Assembly: GCA_002269645.1 (NCBI GenBank)
Contig: NIVC01000995.1
Coordinates: 324,100-388,099, forward strand
Direction: 5' to 3'
From: Macrostomum lignano
Lineage: Eukaryota
Length of the DNA: 64,000 nucleotides
In this document: in pieces, positions 25,401 to 49,509 of the stretch
How the letters are laid out: the number at the start of each line of letters is the position of its first letter
How positions within the stretch are numbered: position 1 is the stretch's first letter
The notes under the pieces: generated by a model
The model's input: the letters and a program-made list of their open reading frames with translations, nothing else
The model's database searches: none
What the model was told of the DNA's origin: nothing
Program-made: the position numbers and the translations under genes

Positions 25401-28400
25401 AGACAGTGGCGCCTCACTAAGAGACAGTGGCGCCCCACCAAGAGACAGTGGCGCCCCACCAAGAGACAGTGGCGCCCCACCAAGAGACAGGCGCGGGCAC
25501 CAAGTTAAGTTTCACTGGCGCTCCTCAGGGCTGAGGCCCCTTGCAGTTAAAAGTGAACTGTACGCTCGTAGTACATAGTCTGCCCATCAAGCGCAAGGGC
25601 TTCAGGAACCAGCGGACGCAGAAATCAAATCTATAGTCGATCGATCTCACAGGGTGTACAGAGGCCCAGACTTTCACATCTTTAGGCAGTGGAACTGAAT
25701 GCAGACCTTCTCCCTTCTTACACCTAAGCTACCTGGATAAAGTTTTACATTAATTTTGCAGAGCGTGTCGAACTACCTGATCCTGAGCCTGGCTGTCGCC
25801 GACCTGATGGTGGCCACCCTGGTGATGCCCATCTGCGCCCTGAAGGAGATGTCCAAAGTCTGGTGGCTCGGTAAGATGTTAATTCGCTTGAATACTGAGT
25901 TGCTCACTGCTTAACCGTAGTCTCAAACTGAGTCACTAACTGCTCTATCAGTCTCAAACTGAGTCACTAACTGCTCTATCAGTCTCAAACTGAGTCACTA
26001 ACTGCTCTATCAGTCTCAAACTGAGTCACTAACTGCTCTATCAGTCTCAAACTGAGTCACTTACTGCTCTATCAGTCTCAAACTGAGTCACTAACTGCTC
26101 TATCAGTCTCAAACTGAGTCACTCACTGATCTATCAGTCTCAAACTGAGTCACTAACTGCTCTATCAGTCTCAAACTGAGTCACTAACTGCTCTATCAGT
26201 CTCAAACTGAGTCACTCACTGCTCTATCAGTCTTAAACTGAGTCACTAACTGCTCTATCAGTCTCAAACTGAGTCACTTACTGCTCTATCAGTCTCAAAC
26301 TGAGTCACTAACTGCTCTATCAGTCTCAAACTGAGTCACTCACTGATCTATCAGTCTCAAACTGAGTCACTAACTGCTCTATCAGTCTCAAACTGAGTCA
26401 CTCACTGATCTATCAGTCTCAAACTGAGTCACTAACTGCTCTATCAGTCTCAAACTGAGTCACTCACTGCTCTATCAGTCTTAAACTGAGTCACTAACTG
26501 CTCTATCAGTCTCAAACTGAGTCACTCACTGCTCTATCAGTCTCAAACTGAGTCAGTCACATCACAAGGCAATTTTCATTCAGTACTGTTATTGGGTCGA
26601 ATCTGTCCAATGCCTGGATGCAGGGTCCATCACCACTCAATCGATTTTCACCAACACTGTTAGGCGCCTCAAGTGCTTTTCCTTGTCAGTCAGCCTAGCA
26701 CCGCGTCATTTATTAGCGTCAGCGTATTCGGTGTAAAACAAAGGCGAAAGTACCAGCTATATAGACAGCGGAACACCATCGCAACGCAGCCAGGCCTCGT
26801 CATCATCATCAGTCGGAATTTCCACCCCATACCTCTCCCTCAACCCCCTCTCTCCCTCTCGCCTGTTTCCTTACTAATTCTTTTCAAGCATCGCCAGTCG
26901 CGTTGGCGGGGGACGCCCAGACGTAAAAAATAGCTGGCGTTGGAGGCGGCGATGGAGAGCGGCGCATGCAGGCAGCGTCAGGTCGCCCGCTACACCGCCG
27001 GCCAGACCAAATAGGGAAGGGGGCGACCGGGACAACAACGGGAGGGCAAGAAGACTAAAGCTGGGACACACAAGAAGGAGCGTCTCCGGTCGCTGTTCTC
27101 CCCCTTTTCAAAGCTGTCGGGGCCTCCTGCAAGCTGTGCCAGCAAAAATATCTGGCGTAGTCCAGCAGAGGGAAAGAAAGAATTAGGCTATATAAACGCG
27201 TTTCCTGATCCTCCCAGCCCAGGGGGATCAGCTTTCGCTTTGGTTTGTTCCCTGTTTCCTAACCCGTTTCGCCAAGCCTTTACATCCGGACTGGAGTAGC
27301 TTTAATCCCCGATCCCACCTATCCCTGATGCCGTGTCGGACCGAGGCGGCCTTTGGGACAAAAAAGTTTAGCCAAGGGGGGCTGAATTAGACCAAGCCGA
27401 GAGGGTAGTGGGTGCTGGGTATAAGCTGGAATAACAGGAGGGGAAAGGGGGATCGAGAGATGAGGCTTCAAAAGCGGCTGGAATGCGACGGTTGGACACA
27501 GGAGGACCTGCGCAGACTGGGAAGCGATGGGACCAGCTGATTGAACTCCGTCAGTTGATCTGCTGGCCGTGGGGGGGGGGGGTAAATCAGACGCCTTGGG
27601 CTGTCACTGACCAGGCAGTGGCTTGCGCGCACTTATAAATTTATATTTAATTTATATTTAACTACAATCCAATTGAAGAGCAGCCGGCAGTGGGGGGGGG
27701 ACAGATGGCAATAATAGTCTGCTGAATGAGGCCACGGTAGTTAAAGCGAACTATTGGGTTGAAATGCAAATGAATAGGAGACCGTATTTCTATATAATAA
27801 CTAGCATCGTTATGATATATCTCTAGCTGCGCAGAAACTCAAGTGTTCCGATAATCCTTTCCTCCCTTATTTCCAGACTTACGAGCGTTATGGCTAAGCA
27901 TGGCAAAAGAGGCTTGCCGCTGTTGCCTGTTATGCAGGAAAATGCGCAAAATAATTTGAAATTTAATCTTATTTACGATGCTTATGGGGAAGCGGCATGC
28001 TTAAAATTTTTTTTAATAAGTTTGAAAGTCGTTATAAAAACAAAAATTTATTAACCTGGCCCTTATGGTTTTATAAGTACACAGACAGGCACAGGGCAGA
28101 GTGGCGGGGTGAGGACTGGTACTGGCAGAGTGGCGGGGGTGAGGACTGGCACTGGCAGAGTGGCGGGGTGAGGACTGGCACTGGCAGAGTGGCGGGGTGG
28201 GGACTGGCACTGGCAGAGTGGCGGGGTGGGGACTGGCACTGGCAGAGTGGCGGGGGTGAGGGCTGGCGCTGGCAAAGTGACGTGGTGAGGCCTGGCGCTG
28301 GCAGAGAGGCATTACAGCAACAAATGTGGGCACAGTAAAACGAGCAGCGGTTTAAATATTCTTAAGCCATTTTTAGCCGAAAATTGCAGGTATAAAGCAC

Positions 28401-29341
28401 TAATAAATCAGCCCTACTCTACAGGTGTGCACCTGTGCGACCTGTGGACCTGCCTAGACGTGCTGTGCTGCACAGCTTCGATCCTGCACCTGGTTGGCAT
28501 AGCGGTTGATCGCTACTGGGCCGTCACCAACATCAACTACATCAGAGCCCGCACCGGACGCCGCATCGGCCTGATGATCGCCGCCATTTGGATCATCAGC
28601 GCCGCGATCAGCGCCCCGGCGCGCTTCTGGCGCATGAGGAAAGAGCCGGACGAGTGTCGCATCAACGAATCGCCAGCTTACACCGTATTCTCAACTGTTG
28701 GCGCCTTCTACCTGCCCATGCTGTTCATGATCGGCATCTACCTGAGAATTTATCACGCCGCTCGCAAAAGAATTCGTCGGAAAGCCTTCAAGCCAAGCCA
28801 GCCGGCGGCTTCGGCCGCGGCAACTGCCGCTGCGACGGCGCAGCAGCAGCAGCAGCAGGCGGCGAAAAAATCCACATCCGATTCCGACCACACGCCGGAA
28901 GTGTCCAGTGGCGCAGGTCCCTGTCAAACGACGTCATTTAGCGCTACTACTAAAAAGCTGAACTCAAAGCAGAAAAAACAGCAGCAGAAACAGCTACAAC
29001 AAAACGGTCGAGCAGAAGCTCAGGAGCGCATCACCATCCAGTCCAAAGCGGCTATGCAGCGCGAGAGGCTGGAACAGAAACGAGAAAGGAAGGCAGCAAG
29101 AACCCTGGCGATAATTACAGGCTGCTTTCTGTTCTGCTGGTTCCCCTTCTTCGTTCGAGCCATAGTCTGTCCCTTCTATTCGCCGCTGTGCACCGACCTC
29201 ATCTCCGAGACTGGGCACTCGTTGATCCAGTGGTTGGGCTACACAAACAGCCTGCTCAATCCAGTGATATACACCATCTTCTCGCCGGACTTTCGCAGCG
29301 CATTTAGCAAGATCCTATTTGGACGTTACCGACGAAGGTGA
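19453..29341 (+). CDS. HTR1: Serotonin (5-HT1-like) class A GPCR, 3 coding exons
   Basis: Exons 19453-19722 (TM1 GNVFVVAAIILERNLQ), 25762-25870 (SVSNYLILSLAVADLMVATLVMP) and 28425-29341 (CDLWTCLDVLCCTASILHL, DRYW, GAFYLP, ERKAARTL, CWFPFF, NSLLNPVIY). Phases join cleanly; TM3 Asp of aminergic receptors is present. Confidence 0.9.
19735..21395. repeat. 28-bp minisatellite (gaggatctgggaggctggcccagcaact)
   Basis: Visible array starting just after the donor at 19722. Confidence 0.95.
22350..23520. repeat. ~37-bp minisatellite (ggtgtctcaaccgagtctctctagctgatgtctcacc)
   Basis: Visible tandem array. Confidence 0.95.
24352..25490. repeat. 21-bp minisatellite (aagagacagtggcgcctcact)
   Basis: Visible tandem array. 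Confidence 0.95.
25918..26555. repeat. 31-bp minisatellite (cagtctcaaactgagtcactaactgctctat)
   Basis: Visible tandem array after receptor exon 2. Confidence 0.95.
28090..28305. repeat. ~29-bp GC-rich minisatellite (ggcactggcagagtggcggggtgaggact)
   Basis: Visible short array. Confidence 0.85.
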
Positions 29342-29402
29342 CTCGTCGGTTTGACAAGGTCCTGATGTTCGTTTTGTACCGACGAGGGTAACCGTAACTG
29401 AT

Positions 29403-30425
29403 TCAGCAAGATCCTGCTCGATTGGTACCGATGAGGGTGATGTGATTGAGCAAGATCCTGTCCGATTGGTACCGATGAGGGTGATGTGATTGAGCAAGAT
29501 CCTGTCCGATTGGTACCGATGAGGGTGAAGTGATTGAGCAAGATCCTGCTCGATTGGTACCGATGAGGGTGATGTGATTGAGCAAGATCCTGTCCGATTG
29601 GTACTGATGAGAGTGATGTGATTGAGCAAGATCCTGTCCGATTGGTACTGATGAGAGTGATGTGATTGAGCAAGATCCTGCTCGATTGGTACCGATGAGG
29701 GTGATGTGATTGAGCAAGATCCTGTCCGATTGGTACCGATGAGAGTGATGTGATTGAGCAAGATCCTGCTCGATTGGTACCGATGAGAGTGATGTGATTG
29801 AGCAAGATCCTGTCCGATTGGTACTGATGAGAGTGATGTGATTGAGCAAGATCCTGTCCGATTGGTACCGATGAGAGTGATGTGATTGAGCAAGATCCTG
29901 CTCGATTGGTACCGATGAGGGTGATGTGATTGAGCAAGATCCTGTCCGATTGGTACCGATGAGAGTGATGTGATTGAGCAAGATCCTGCTCGATTGGTAC
30001 CGATGAGAGTGATGTGATTGAGCAAGATCCTGTCCGATTGGTACTGATGAGAGTGATGTGATTGAGCAAGATCCTGTCCGATTGGTACCGATGAGAGTGA
30101 TGTGATTGAGCAAGATCCTGCTCGATTGGTACCGATGAGGGTGATGTGATTGAGCAAGATCCTGCTCGATTGGTACCGATGAGAGTGATGTGATTGAGCA
30201 AGATCCTGCTCGATTGGTACCGATGAGAGTGATGTGATTGAGCAAGATCCTGCTCGATTGGTACCGATGAGGGTGATGTGATTGAGCAAGATCCTGCTCG
30301 TTTGGTACCGATGAGAGTGATGTGATTGAGCAAGATCCTGCTCGATTGGTACCGATGAGAGTGATGTGATTGAGCAAGATCCTGCTCGATTGGTACCGAT
30401 GAGAGTGATGTGATTGAGCAAGATC
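29403..30425. repeat. 44-bp minisatellite downstream of the receptor stop codon
   Basis: About 23 units of gagcaagatcctgctcgattggtaccgatgagggtgatgtgatt. Confidence 0.95.
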
Positions 30426-32224
30426 CTTGATACTTTTCGCACGACGATTTAGTGACATGCAAATGTAAAAAAATAAAGTAGATCCAGCTGTACTCGTAGC
30501 CCTATATCTGAAAAAAATTCTCTCATTGCCAGACTATATTATATTGAATGTCTATATATTCTATTTTTCTGTTGAAATAAAAGTAAAAATACAGTGCACC
30601 CAGTCTGCTCTACTGCCGAACGCTTCTTTGATGCCATCCAAGCGTGGCCACTTTCGGCTTGCGTAAATTTCAAGCCGGTAAAGCCGCTCTCAGCAACATG
30701 CAGCTTTGACATTTCCATTCGCCTTGTTTTAGTTTTTACCTTTTTTCCTTTAAAATGGCAGCGCTTCTACCAGCGTCTTCCTAGCGACCTCCTCTGCTAT
30801 CCCTTTCCCTCCAAGCACGCGATCGGTCTGACAAATATAGTATGCAAAAGGGCGCACAGCTTCTACCAGACGAACGAAAAAAGTGGCTCAATAATGTTTT
30901 AAGGTAAAGACCCTAGAACGGGCTCCCCTCCCTGATTAAGCTAATAAGGAAGGCTAATTAAGCTAATAGTCTACGAGCTATTGATGAAAAACTCCGACGG
31001 GTAACCGTGGAACTCGAAGCGCATTGACTACGAGCATACAGGCTACAAGCTAATAACTCTCTCTGGCATTGACTTGCCGTATGTGTTGTCTGCAGCAGCT
31101 GGCTCCTGCCGTGCGCTCACACTTTCTAATGGTGCACACGGTTGGTCTGCGTGTGCGTATTAACATTGCCCAATTTTATCGCCCCGTATCCATGCACACT
31201 ATCCATGTTTACGCGCGTAAGGAACACAACAAGTCACGAAGCATGCAGCTGTCTTTTTGCGCGCCTGTCGAGAGATCACCCGGAAAAGGGAAGAGGCAAG
31301 ATGTAGGTTGTACGAGGTCGTAAAGAAAGTTTTTATTCGGGCCCGCCCGCAAGGCGAGGACTCCCTCCAGGCAGAGAGACCCAGCTGCGGGACAGCGGCG
31401 GAGCAAAAGTTGCATTTCCTTCTCCTAGAAGAAGTTTCCTTAAGTAATTAATGCGTTGGGACAAGTGGGCCGGCTGTCCAACGCGAGATGCCTATCAGAG
31501 ACGAGAGCTGTGGAGAGACTTGTCTTGTTGTTTCGCGGCTCTACGAATCGTCCGCAATCAGTCATCCGGGAGGTTGCGAGTGACTGATCGAGAGTCTCCG
31601 GGGGCGGACGGGATGGCGACACATTCTGACCACTGCGTTCTGGACCTCAATGCCAGCAGCTGAGACAGCAAGGATGAAGGAGTGAGTAGAGGCCGGATGC
31701 AGAGATGTTATTAGAGAGAGAAAGAGAAGAGTTGAAGACATAAGAGAAATCGAAAGATGAATGCAGCTGGAAGGGAGTCGAGGAGCTGATGGGGAAAGGA
31801 GTGGAGAAAATGGCAGAGAAAGGAAACAGAAAGGAGATTAGTGAAGAAAATGGAAGTGGAATGGTGACATCACTGACTGATCGCTCACTAATTAAGGCTG
31901 ATTCACGCTGTCATCAAATCACACGACCGATTTATAAAGGAATGACGGTATGATCACACGAACTTTGGCCTTACTTGATGGCGGTGTGGACGAGCTTTAA
32001 CCAGTTATGAAATTCGCATGGATTTGTTTTACTCTCAGAGACTGACGCTGAGACGCAGAGAGTCTGATAGGGTTCTGCTAGGGGACTCGATCTGCTGGCA
32101 GTCGAATAACCAGGCAAACATGCTGGGCAAAAGTTTGCCAGAGGTGGAGCTATAGATGGAGAGTGAATCAGGTTCGAACCACGCGGACCACCCTGCAGCG
32201 AGTGAGGAATCCTCATTTCTCTCC

Positions 32225-32445
<221 letters not shown>

Positions 32446-32639
32446 TTCATCATATTTGTCGACGCCAATTTCCAGCGCCAATGAAGTAGGCCTATGTTCG
32501 GCAATATTGCCAAAATGCGATATCTGCTGCTTGGCTGGGCGTGTCTGCGGGGTGGATGGTGGGGCGCCCCTGCACTTCTCAGCGCCTCATCTGGGCGCCA
32601 ATTGAGCCCGCAAATGAGGTGGAACTGGTTGGCCCCGGC

Positions 32640-33230
32640 ACTGTTGGAGCTGGGGGTTGAGACCAGGGACACCTAAATAACTAAAACTGGACTGGAGCTG
32701 GTTGAGACCCAGGGACACCTAAATAACTAAAACGGGACTGGAGCTGGTGATTGAGACCAGGGACACCTAAATAACTAAACTAGACTGGAGGTTAAGACAA
32801 GGGACACCTAAATAACTAAACTGGACTGGAGCTGTTTGAGACACAGGGACACCTACATGTAAATAACTAAACTGGACTGAAGCTGGTGGTTGAGACCAGG
32901 GACACCTAAATAACTAAAAATGGACTGGAGCTGCTGGTTGAGACCAGGGACACCTAAATACTAAAAATGGACTGGAGCTGGTGGTTTAGACCAGGGACAC
33001 CTAAATAACTTAATTGGACTGGAGCTGGTTGAGACCAGGGACACCTACATGCAAATAACTTAATTGGACTGGAGCTGGTTGAGAGCAGGGACACCTAAAT
33101 AACTAAACTGGAGCTGGTGGTTGAGACCAGGGACACCTAAATAACTTAATTGGACTGGAGCTGGTTGAGACCAGGGACACCTACATGCAAATAACTTAAT
33201 TGGACTGGAGCTGGTTGAGACCACTGACAC
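32640..33230. repeat. ~45-55 bp degenerate minisatellite (gagaccagggacacctaaataactaaaactggactggagctggtt)
   Basis: Visible imperfect array. Confidence 0.9.
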
Positions 33231-34004
33231 CTAAATATACATGTAGCTAAACTGTACTGAATAAAAGACATCTCTAGCAGCTCGCTAAAATGCAAATGAT
33301 TTGTGGTGGCCCCCTAAAAGTTTTGTCTCCTGGATCCGCCTCTGATCGAGAAGGCAACGTTGGCCATCGTACTGGATTTGAAATGGAGACTTTATTTTAT
33401 TGCCGAACAAGACGCCTGCTGCATCAACTTTGAATGTGCCTCAGGGAATTGAATAAAGCACTGTTGGCGGTCACTGAGACCGTTCTGAGTTTAAATTCAA
33501 CCAAACTTCACCCAAGTTCTCAATCCCAGTTGCTATCCAAAGGTCTCGGGATTTTCCGCACTCACTGCTTTTCAATTGAATTTTGGTTACGAAATTCTGA
33601 AGTTTACAGCTGGAAATTCGATTAAAAACTCACGTGCTCAACTTTTTGTCGCCACCTGTCACGCAGCTCGGGCTGAACGGCTGGCAGCCGAAGTTTTGGG
33701 GACCGGGAGGCTGGAGGGCTCCACTCGCGTGCAACCTCATCAGAGCGGTGGGAAGGGGAAAAAAGCCTGATTATTTATATATTCTGCAGTCAGCAAAATG
33801 GTGGGTGCGTGTGTGTGTGCGTGTGTGCTCCTTCGATGACAAACAGCAGAGCCTTCAATCAGAAGCGTGATAGCCGACTCATGTCTGCTGCAGCTCAGAG
33901 AAGCGAGTGTGAAAGTGTGAGAGAAAGATAGGAGAGGTTACGGCGACTGGTTGAATTGGCAACATCATTCAAGCTTTTAGGCTCTTCCTCAGGCTAAAAG
34001 AGAA

Positions 34005-35170
34005 TGAGAAAGAGAGAGAGAGTTTGTGTGTGTATATGAGAGAGAAGTGAGAGAGAGTGAGAGAGAGGAGGGGAGAAAGAGGGAGGGAGAGAAAGGGGGA
34101 GAGTGAGTGTGTGAGAGAGGTAGGGAGAGAGAGTGTGAGAGAGAAAGATAGAGGGAGGGAGAGGAAGAGAGGGAGGGTGAGAGGGAGGGTGAGTGAGAGA
34201 GAGAGGGGAGGAAGAGAGAGACGGGGGAGGGAGAGAGGGAGTGAGTGAGAGAGAGAGTGTGAGAGAGAGAGGGGGAGAGAGAGGAGGGAGAGTGAGAGAG
34301 GGAGGGAGAGAGAGGGGGAGAGAGAAAGGGGAGAGAGTGTGTGAGAGAGGTAAGGAGAGAGAGTGTGAGAGAGAAAAAGAGAGGGAGGGAGAGGGAGAAA
34401 GGGAGAGAGGGATACAGGGAGAGAGGGAGAGAGGGATACAGGGAGAGAGGGAAAGAGGGATACAGGGAGAGAGGGAGAGAGGGATACAGGGAGAGAGGGA
34501 GAGAGGGATACAGGGAGAGAGGGAGAGAGGGAGAGAGGGAGAGAGGGAGAGAGGGATATAAGGAGAGAGGGAGAGAGGGAGAGAGGGAGAGAGGGAGAGA
34601 GGGATATAAGGAGAGAGGGAGAGAGGGAGAGAGGGAGAGAGGGATATAAGGAGAGAGGGAGAGAGGGAGAGAGGGAGAGAGGGAGAGAGGAGAGAGGATA
34701 TAAGGAGAGAGGGAGAGAGGGAGAGAGGGAGAGAGGGAGAGAGGGAGAGAGGGATATAAGGAGAGAGGGAGAGAGGGAGAGAGGGAGAGAGGGATACAGG
34801 GAGAGAGGGATATAGGGAGAGAGGGAGAGAGAGTGGGAAAGAGGGATACAGGGAGAGAGGGAGAGAGGGATACAGGGAGAGAGGGAGAGAGGGATACAGG
34901 GAGAGAGGGAGAGAGGGATACAGGGAGAGAGGGAGAGAGGGATACAGGGAGAGAGGGAGAGAGGGATACAGGGAGAGAGGGAGAGAGGGATACAGGGAGA
35001 GAGGGAGAGAGGGATAAAGGGAGAGAAGGAGAGAGGGATATAGGGAGAGAGGGATACAGGGATACAGGGAGAGAGGGAGAGAGGGATACAGGGAGAGAGG
35101 GAGAGAGGGATAAAGGGAGAGAAGGAGAGAGGGATATAGGGAGAGAGGGATACAGGGATACAGGGAGAGA
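34005..35170. repeat. GA-rich low-complexity/minisatellite block
   Basis: Purine-rich gggagagagggatacag-type units. Confidence 0.95.
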
Positions 35171-36109
35171 GTGGGTCACTCTGCAGCCTGCTCTCGGGGA
35201 TCGCTGGGAGGCAGCAGAGGCAGTACTACTGAGCTCGGCGGCGCTGCTCCCCAGTCACTACCGAGTTACCAAGGAGGACGGGGAGGCGGAGGGGAGAAGC
35301 GGAGACGGGTCAGCGGGGCTGGGCAAGGGGCAGCGTCGGGGCGCAGGGGGGTCGGTGGTTTTAATCACGCCTAGCCGGCTCCCCTGAGTGATTGATCCCC
35401 GCTGCTCCACTCTGCTTTAATTGCCCAGACGCCGGGCCCGCGGACTCATCCATGGCGGCAGTGAGGGAGGCGGCGCGGACCCCAAGAGCTGGCCGAATAT
35501 GCAGCATGCACTTCCACCCGGGTCCTAGGGCAAGGGGCATGCCCGGGGTACGAGTATAGCTTCTTTGGAATTTGCTTCTTACTTCCTCTCTCTCCTCCCC
35601 TCCCAGCCGCATGCTCCTCTCCTCCTTCACTAGTCTAAATCCCAGAACTTCTCATCCTTCAACTCCTGCTCAATTTCCTTCCAGTTTTGCTCCCCAGACC
35701 CCGCTGCTTTTATCTCGGCTGGGAAAGCGAAAGCTCAGCTGTTGAGGATAACATAAAAGGCGGTATGGGTTTGGAAGCCGGAGACGGCAGACAAGCGAGG
35801 CATTTCCCAACAGCTTCCGGGCATTCAGACTGGCGGGGGCATTTCTTTTATTTCCTCCTCCGCCTCATCCGTGCGGAACTCCCGCAGCTGGCCTTGGCTC
35901 TGCCGATCCGCCCCGCAATTACAGGCTGCCTGGGAAATTGCGGTCTTGGAGGGATCGATTTTAATTCTGTTTTGTTGGTGGGAGAGTTGAGAGTTCCACG
36001 AAGGAGGCTGGCGATCAGATAGTGGCATAGCATTTAACTGATGGTATGCTATACTATGCTGATAGTGTGCTTTCAGTAACACGACAGAACTGCCAATTAA
36101 CTGCCAATT

Positions 36110-36918
36110 AATTAGCTAGATGCCAGTAGATGACAGAGGTGGCAGATAGATGCCAGTAGATGACAGAAATGGCCGTTCGATGCCAGTAGATGACAGAAAT
36201 GGCAGTTAGATGCCAGCAGATGACAGAAATGGCGGTTAGATGCCAGTAGATGACAGAAATGGCCGTTAGATGCCAGTAGATGACAGAAATGGCCGTTAGA
36301 TGCCAGTAGATGACAGAAATGGCAGTTAGATGCCAGTAGATGACATAAATGGCAGTTAGATGCCAGCAGATGACAGAAATGGCAGTTAAATGCCAGTAGA
36401 TGACATAAATGGCAGTTAGATGCCAGCAGATGACAGAAATGGCAGTTAGATGCCAGCAGATGACAGAAATGGCAGTTAGATGCCAGCAGATGACAGAAAT
36501 GGCAGTTAGATGCCAGCAGATGACAGAAATGGCAGTTAGATGCCAGCAGATGACATAAATGGCAGTTAGATGCCAGCAGATGACAGAAATGGCAGTTAGA
36601 TGCCAGCAGATGACAGAAATGGCAGTTAGATACCAGCAGATGACAGAAATGGCAGTTAAATGCCAGCAGATGACAGAAATGGCAGTTAGATGCCAGTAGA
36701 TGACAGAAATGGCAGTTAGATGCCAGCAGATGACAGAAATGGCAGTTAGATGCCAGCAGATGACAGAAATGGCAGTTAGATGCCAGCAGATGACAGAAAT
36801 GGCAGTTAAATGCCAGCAGATGACAGAAATGGCAGTTAGATGCCAGTAGATGACAGAAATGGCAGTTAGATGCCAGCAGATGACAGAAATGGCAGTTAAA
36901 TGCCAGCAGATGACAGAA
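36110..36918. repeat. 30-bp minisatellite (gatgacagaaatggcagttagatgccagca)
   Basis: Visible tandem array. Confidence 0.95.
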
Positions 36919-37238
36919 CACTCAATTTTAAAGCTGGCCAATGCATATTTTCGAACAAAACTATTTATAGCTTGCGGAATACAGCGGTCCTGCGAGCTGA
37001 AAAGCTCAATAATTCGACACCAGGCAGGCTATTGATAAGAAAATTCTTTCTCCGCCGAAACGCCTCGTGTCGAGTTCTCACGCGCAAGCAAGACGCTCTG
37101 ATCGACTCGCATTTCAGAGACTCCTGGTAAACCATATATGCAGTGATTTGCTATGAGCTGAGACAAGCATTCAATACTTCTGAAACAGAAAGCGTTTAAC
37201 TTTTCTCCTGCATATTAGACTGACGACAGACAGCAGCT

Positions 37239-41644
<4,406 letters not shown>

Positions 41645-41674
41645 TGCCGGTGACCAGACTAATACTAATGAGGT

Positions 41675-42035
41675 ACTGACGGACTGGGGTGGGGGTAGCA
41701 GCCCACTGACGGACTGGGGTGGGGTTAGCAGCCCAGTGAGGGACTGGGGTGGGGTTAGCAGCCCAGTGAAGGACTGGGGTGGGGTTAGCAGCCCAGTGAG
41801 GGACTGGGGTGGGGGTAGCAGCCCAGTGAGGGACTGGGGTGGGGGTAGCAGCCCAGTGAGGGACTGGGGTGGGGGTAGCAGCCGAGTGAGGGACTGGGGT
41901 GGGGGTAGCAGCCGAGTGAGGGACTGGGGTGGGGGTAGCAGCCCAGTGAGGGACTGGGGTGGGGGTAGCAGCCCAGTGAGGGACTGGGGTGGGGGTAGCA
42001 GCCGAGTGAGGGACTGGGGTGGGGGTAGCAGCCGA
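41675..42035. repeat. 30-bp G-rich minisatellite (gggactggggtgggggtagcagcccagtga)
   Basis: Visible array just after the astacin stop. Confidence 0.95.
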
Positions 42036-42631
42036 TGTGTTGCATTAAAAAAATCAAGATAATAAACTGCATGCAAAAAGTTCAAATTCAATTTTAAAAA
42101 AGCAACTGTAATTATTTGAAGCTGATTTGCTACTGACCGCATAGTAGACTGCTATGTTTATTTTTGTTAAAAAAAACTATAGAAAAATATTTTACCATGT
42201 TAATTAAGATCAAGACTTGGTAAGGAACAAATTTTAGGACAAAAAGATGATTAATGAATTATTAATTTGACAAAAATTGGATTAGAACAAATGCTGAAAT
42301 TAAATTAGCCTATCCAGCAATATCCAACTGTTGGTAAGCAAAAAGGCATAAAATTACAATTGTAAACCAAAGAAAAATGCTTATCTCATTTCATTTTGAA
42401 AATGCGGCACAGCTAAAAAATAATATAAACATTAGGGTTACATAAAATATACTACTAAGAAACTACCGCATCAGCAGTTCCTACTTCTGCCATAATTAAA
42501 TATACAATGGATTCGTTGCAATGCCTTGAGTTCAATTTGTATTAAAAATCAATTACACACAAATAAATGTATAGAAAATAGTATTTATTTAAAGTATAGT
42601 TGTTGGTTGTTTGAGATAGTGACCCTCGACT

Positions 42632-44131
42632 GTGGGATAGGGACTCACAGGTTTGGGATAGGGACTCACAGATTTGGGATAGGGACTCACAGGTTTGGGA
42701 TAGGGACTCACAGATTTGGGATAGGGACTCACAGGTTTGGGATAGGGACTCACAGATTTGGGATAGGGACTCACAGATTTGGGATAGGGACTCACAGATG
42801 TGGGATAGGGACTCACAGGTTTGGGATAGGGACTCACAGATTTGGGATAGGGACTCACAGGTTTGGGATAGGGACTCACAGGTTTGGGATAGGGACTCAC
42901 AGATTTGGGATAGGGACTCACAGATGTGGGATATGGACTCACAGATGTGGGATAGGGACTCACAGGTTTGGGATAGGGACTCACAGATGTGGGATAGGGA
43001 CTCACAGATTTGGGATAGGGACTCACAGATGTGGGATAGGGACTCACAGATGTGGGATAGGGACTCACAGATTTGGGATAGGGACTCACAGGTTTGGGAT
43101 AGGGACTCACAGGTTTGGGATAGGGACTCACAGATTTGGGATAGGGACTCAGGTTTGGGATAGGGACTCACAGATGTGGGATAGGGACTCACAGATTTGG
43201 GATAGGGACTCACAGGTTTGGGATAGGGACTCACAGGTTTGGGATAGGGACTCACAGATTTGGGATAGGGACTCAGGTTTGGGATAGGGACTCACAGATT
43301 TGGGATAGGGACTCACAGATTTGGGATAGGGACTCAGATTTGGGATAGGAACTTACATATTTGGGATAGGGACTCAGATTTGGGATAGAGACTCAGATTT
43401 GGGATAGGGACTCAGATTTGGGATAGAGACTCACAGATTTGGGATAGGGACTCTTAGATTTGAGATAGGGACTCAGATTTGTGATAGAGACTCAGATTTG
43501 GGATAGAGACTCAGATTTGGGATAGGGACTCAGATTTGGGATAGAGACTCACAGATTTGGGATAGGGACTCTTAGATTTGAGATAGGGACTCTTAGATTT
43601 GAGATAGGGACTCAGATTTGTGATAGAGACTCAGATTTGGGATAGGGACTCAGATTTGGGATAGAGACTCACAGATTTGGGATAGGGACTCACAGATTTG
43701 GGATAGGGACTCAGATTTGGGATAGGAACTTACATATTTGGGATAGGGACTCAGATTTGGGATAGAGACTCAGATTTGGGATAGGGACTCAGATTTGGGA
43801 TAGAGACTCACAGATTTGGGATAGGGACTCTTAGATTTGAGATAGGGACTCTTAGATTTGAGATAGGGACTCAGATTTGTGATAGAGACTCAGATTTGGG
43901 ATAGGGACTCAGATTTGGGATAGAGACTCACAGATTTGGGATAGGGACTCTTAGATTTGAGATAGGGACTCTTAGATTTGAGATAGGGACTCTTAGATTT
44001 GAGATAGGGACTCAGATTTGTGATAGAGACTCAGATTTGGGATAGGGACTCAGATTTGGGATAGGGACTCACAGATTTGGGATAGGGACTCTTAGATTTG
44101 GGATAGGGACTCAGATTTGGGATAGGGACTC
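42632..44131. repeat. 19-21 bp minisatellite (gggatagggactcacagattt)
   Basis: Visible array between the astacin and PRIM2 3' ends. Confidence 0.95.
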
Positions 44132-44204
44132 TTTATTACGTCTCACAATATTGCTGCTCGGAATAGAACCTCACAAAATCATGCAATCAGCTCCCAGAGC
44201 CTCA

Positions 44205-49418
<5,214 letters not shown>

Positions 49419-49509
49419 GCCTGCTGCAACCGGAAGGATTGGCATAAATCCCACCTAGTAGTGCTCTAGTGCTTAGGTATGAGCACAGATAATATAATGA
49501 GTGAACGCA

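Noticed and set aside
29315-30462. Three ~370-aa minus-strand ORFs
   Set aside because: All three frames are open only because the 44-bp unit lacks minus-strand stops.
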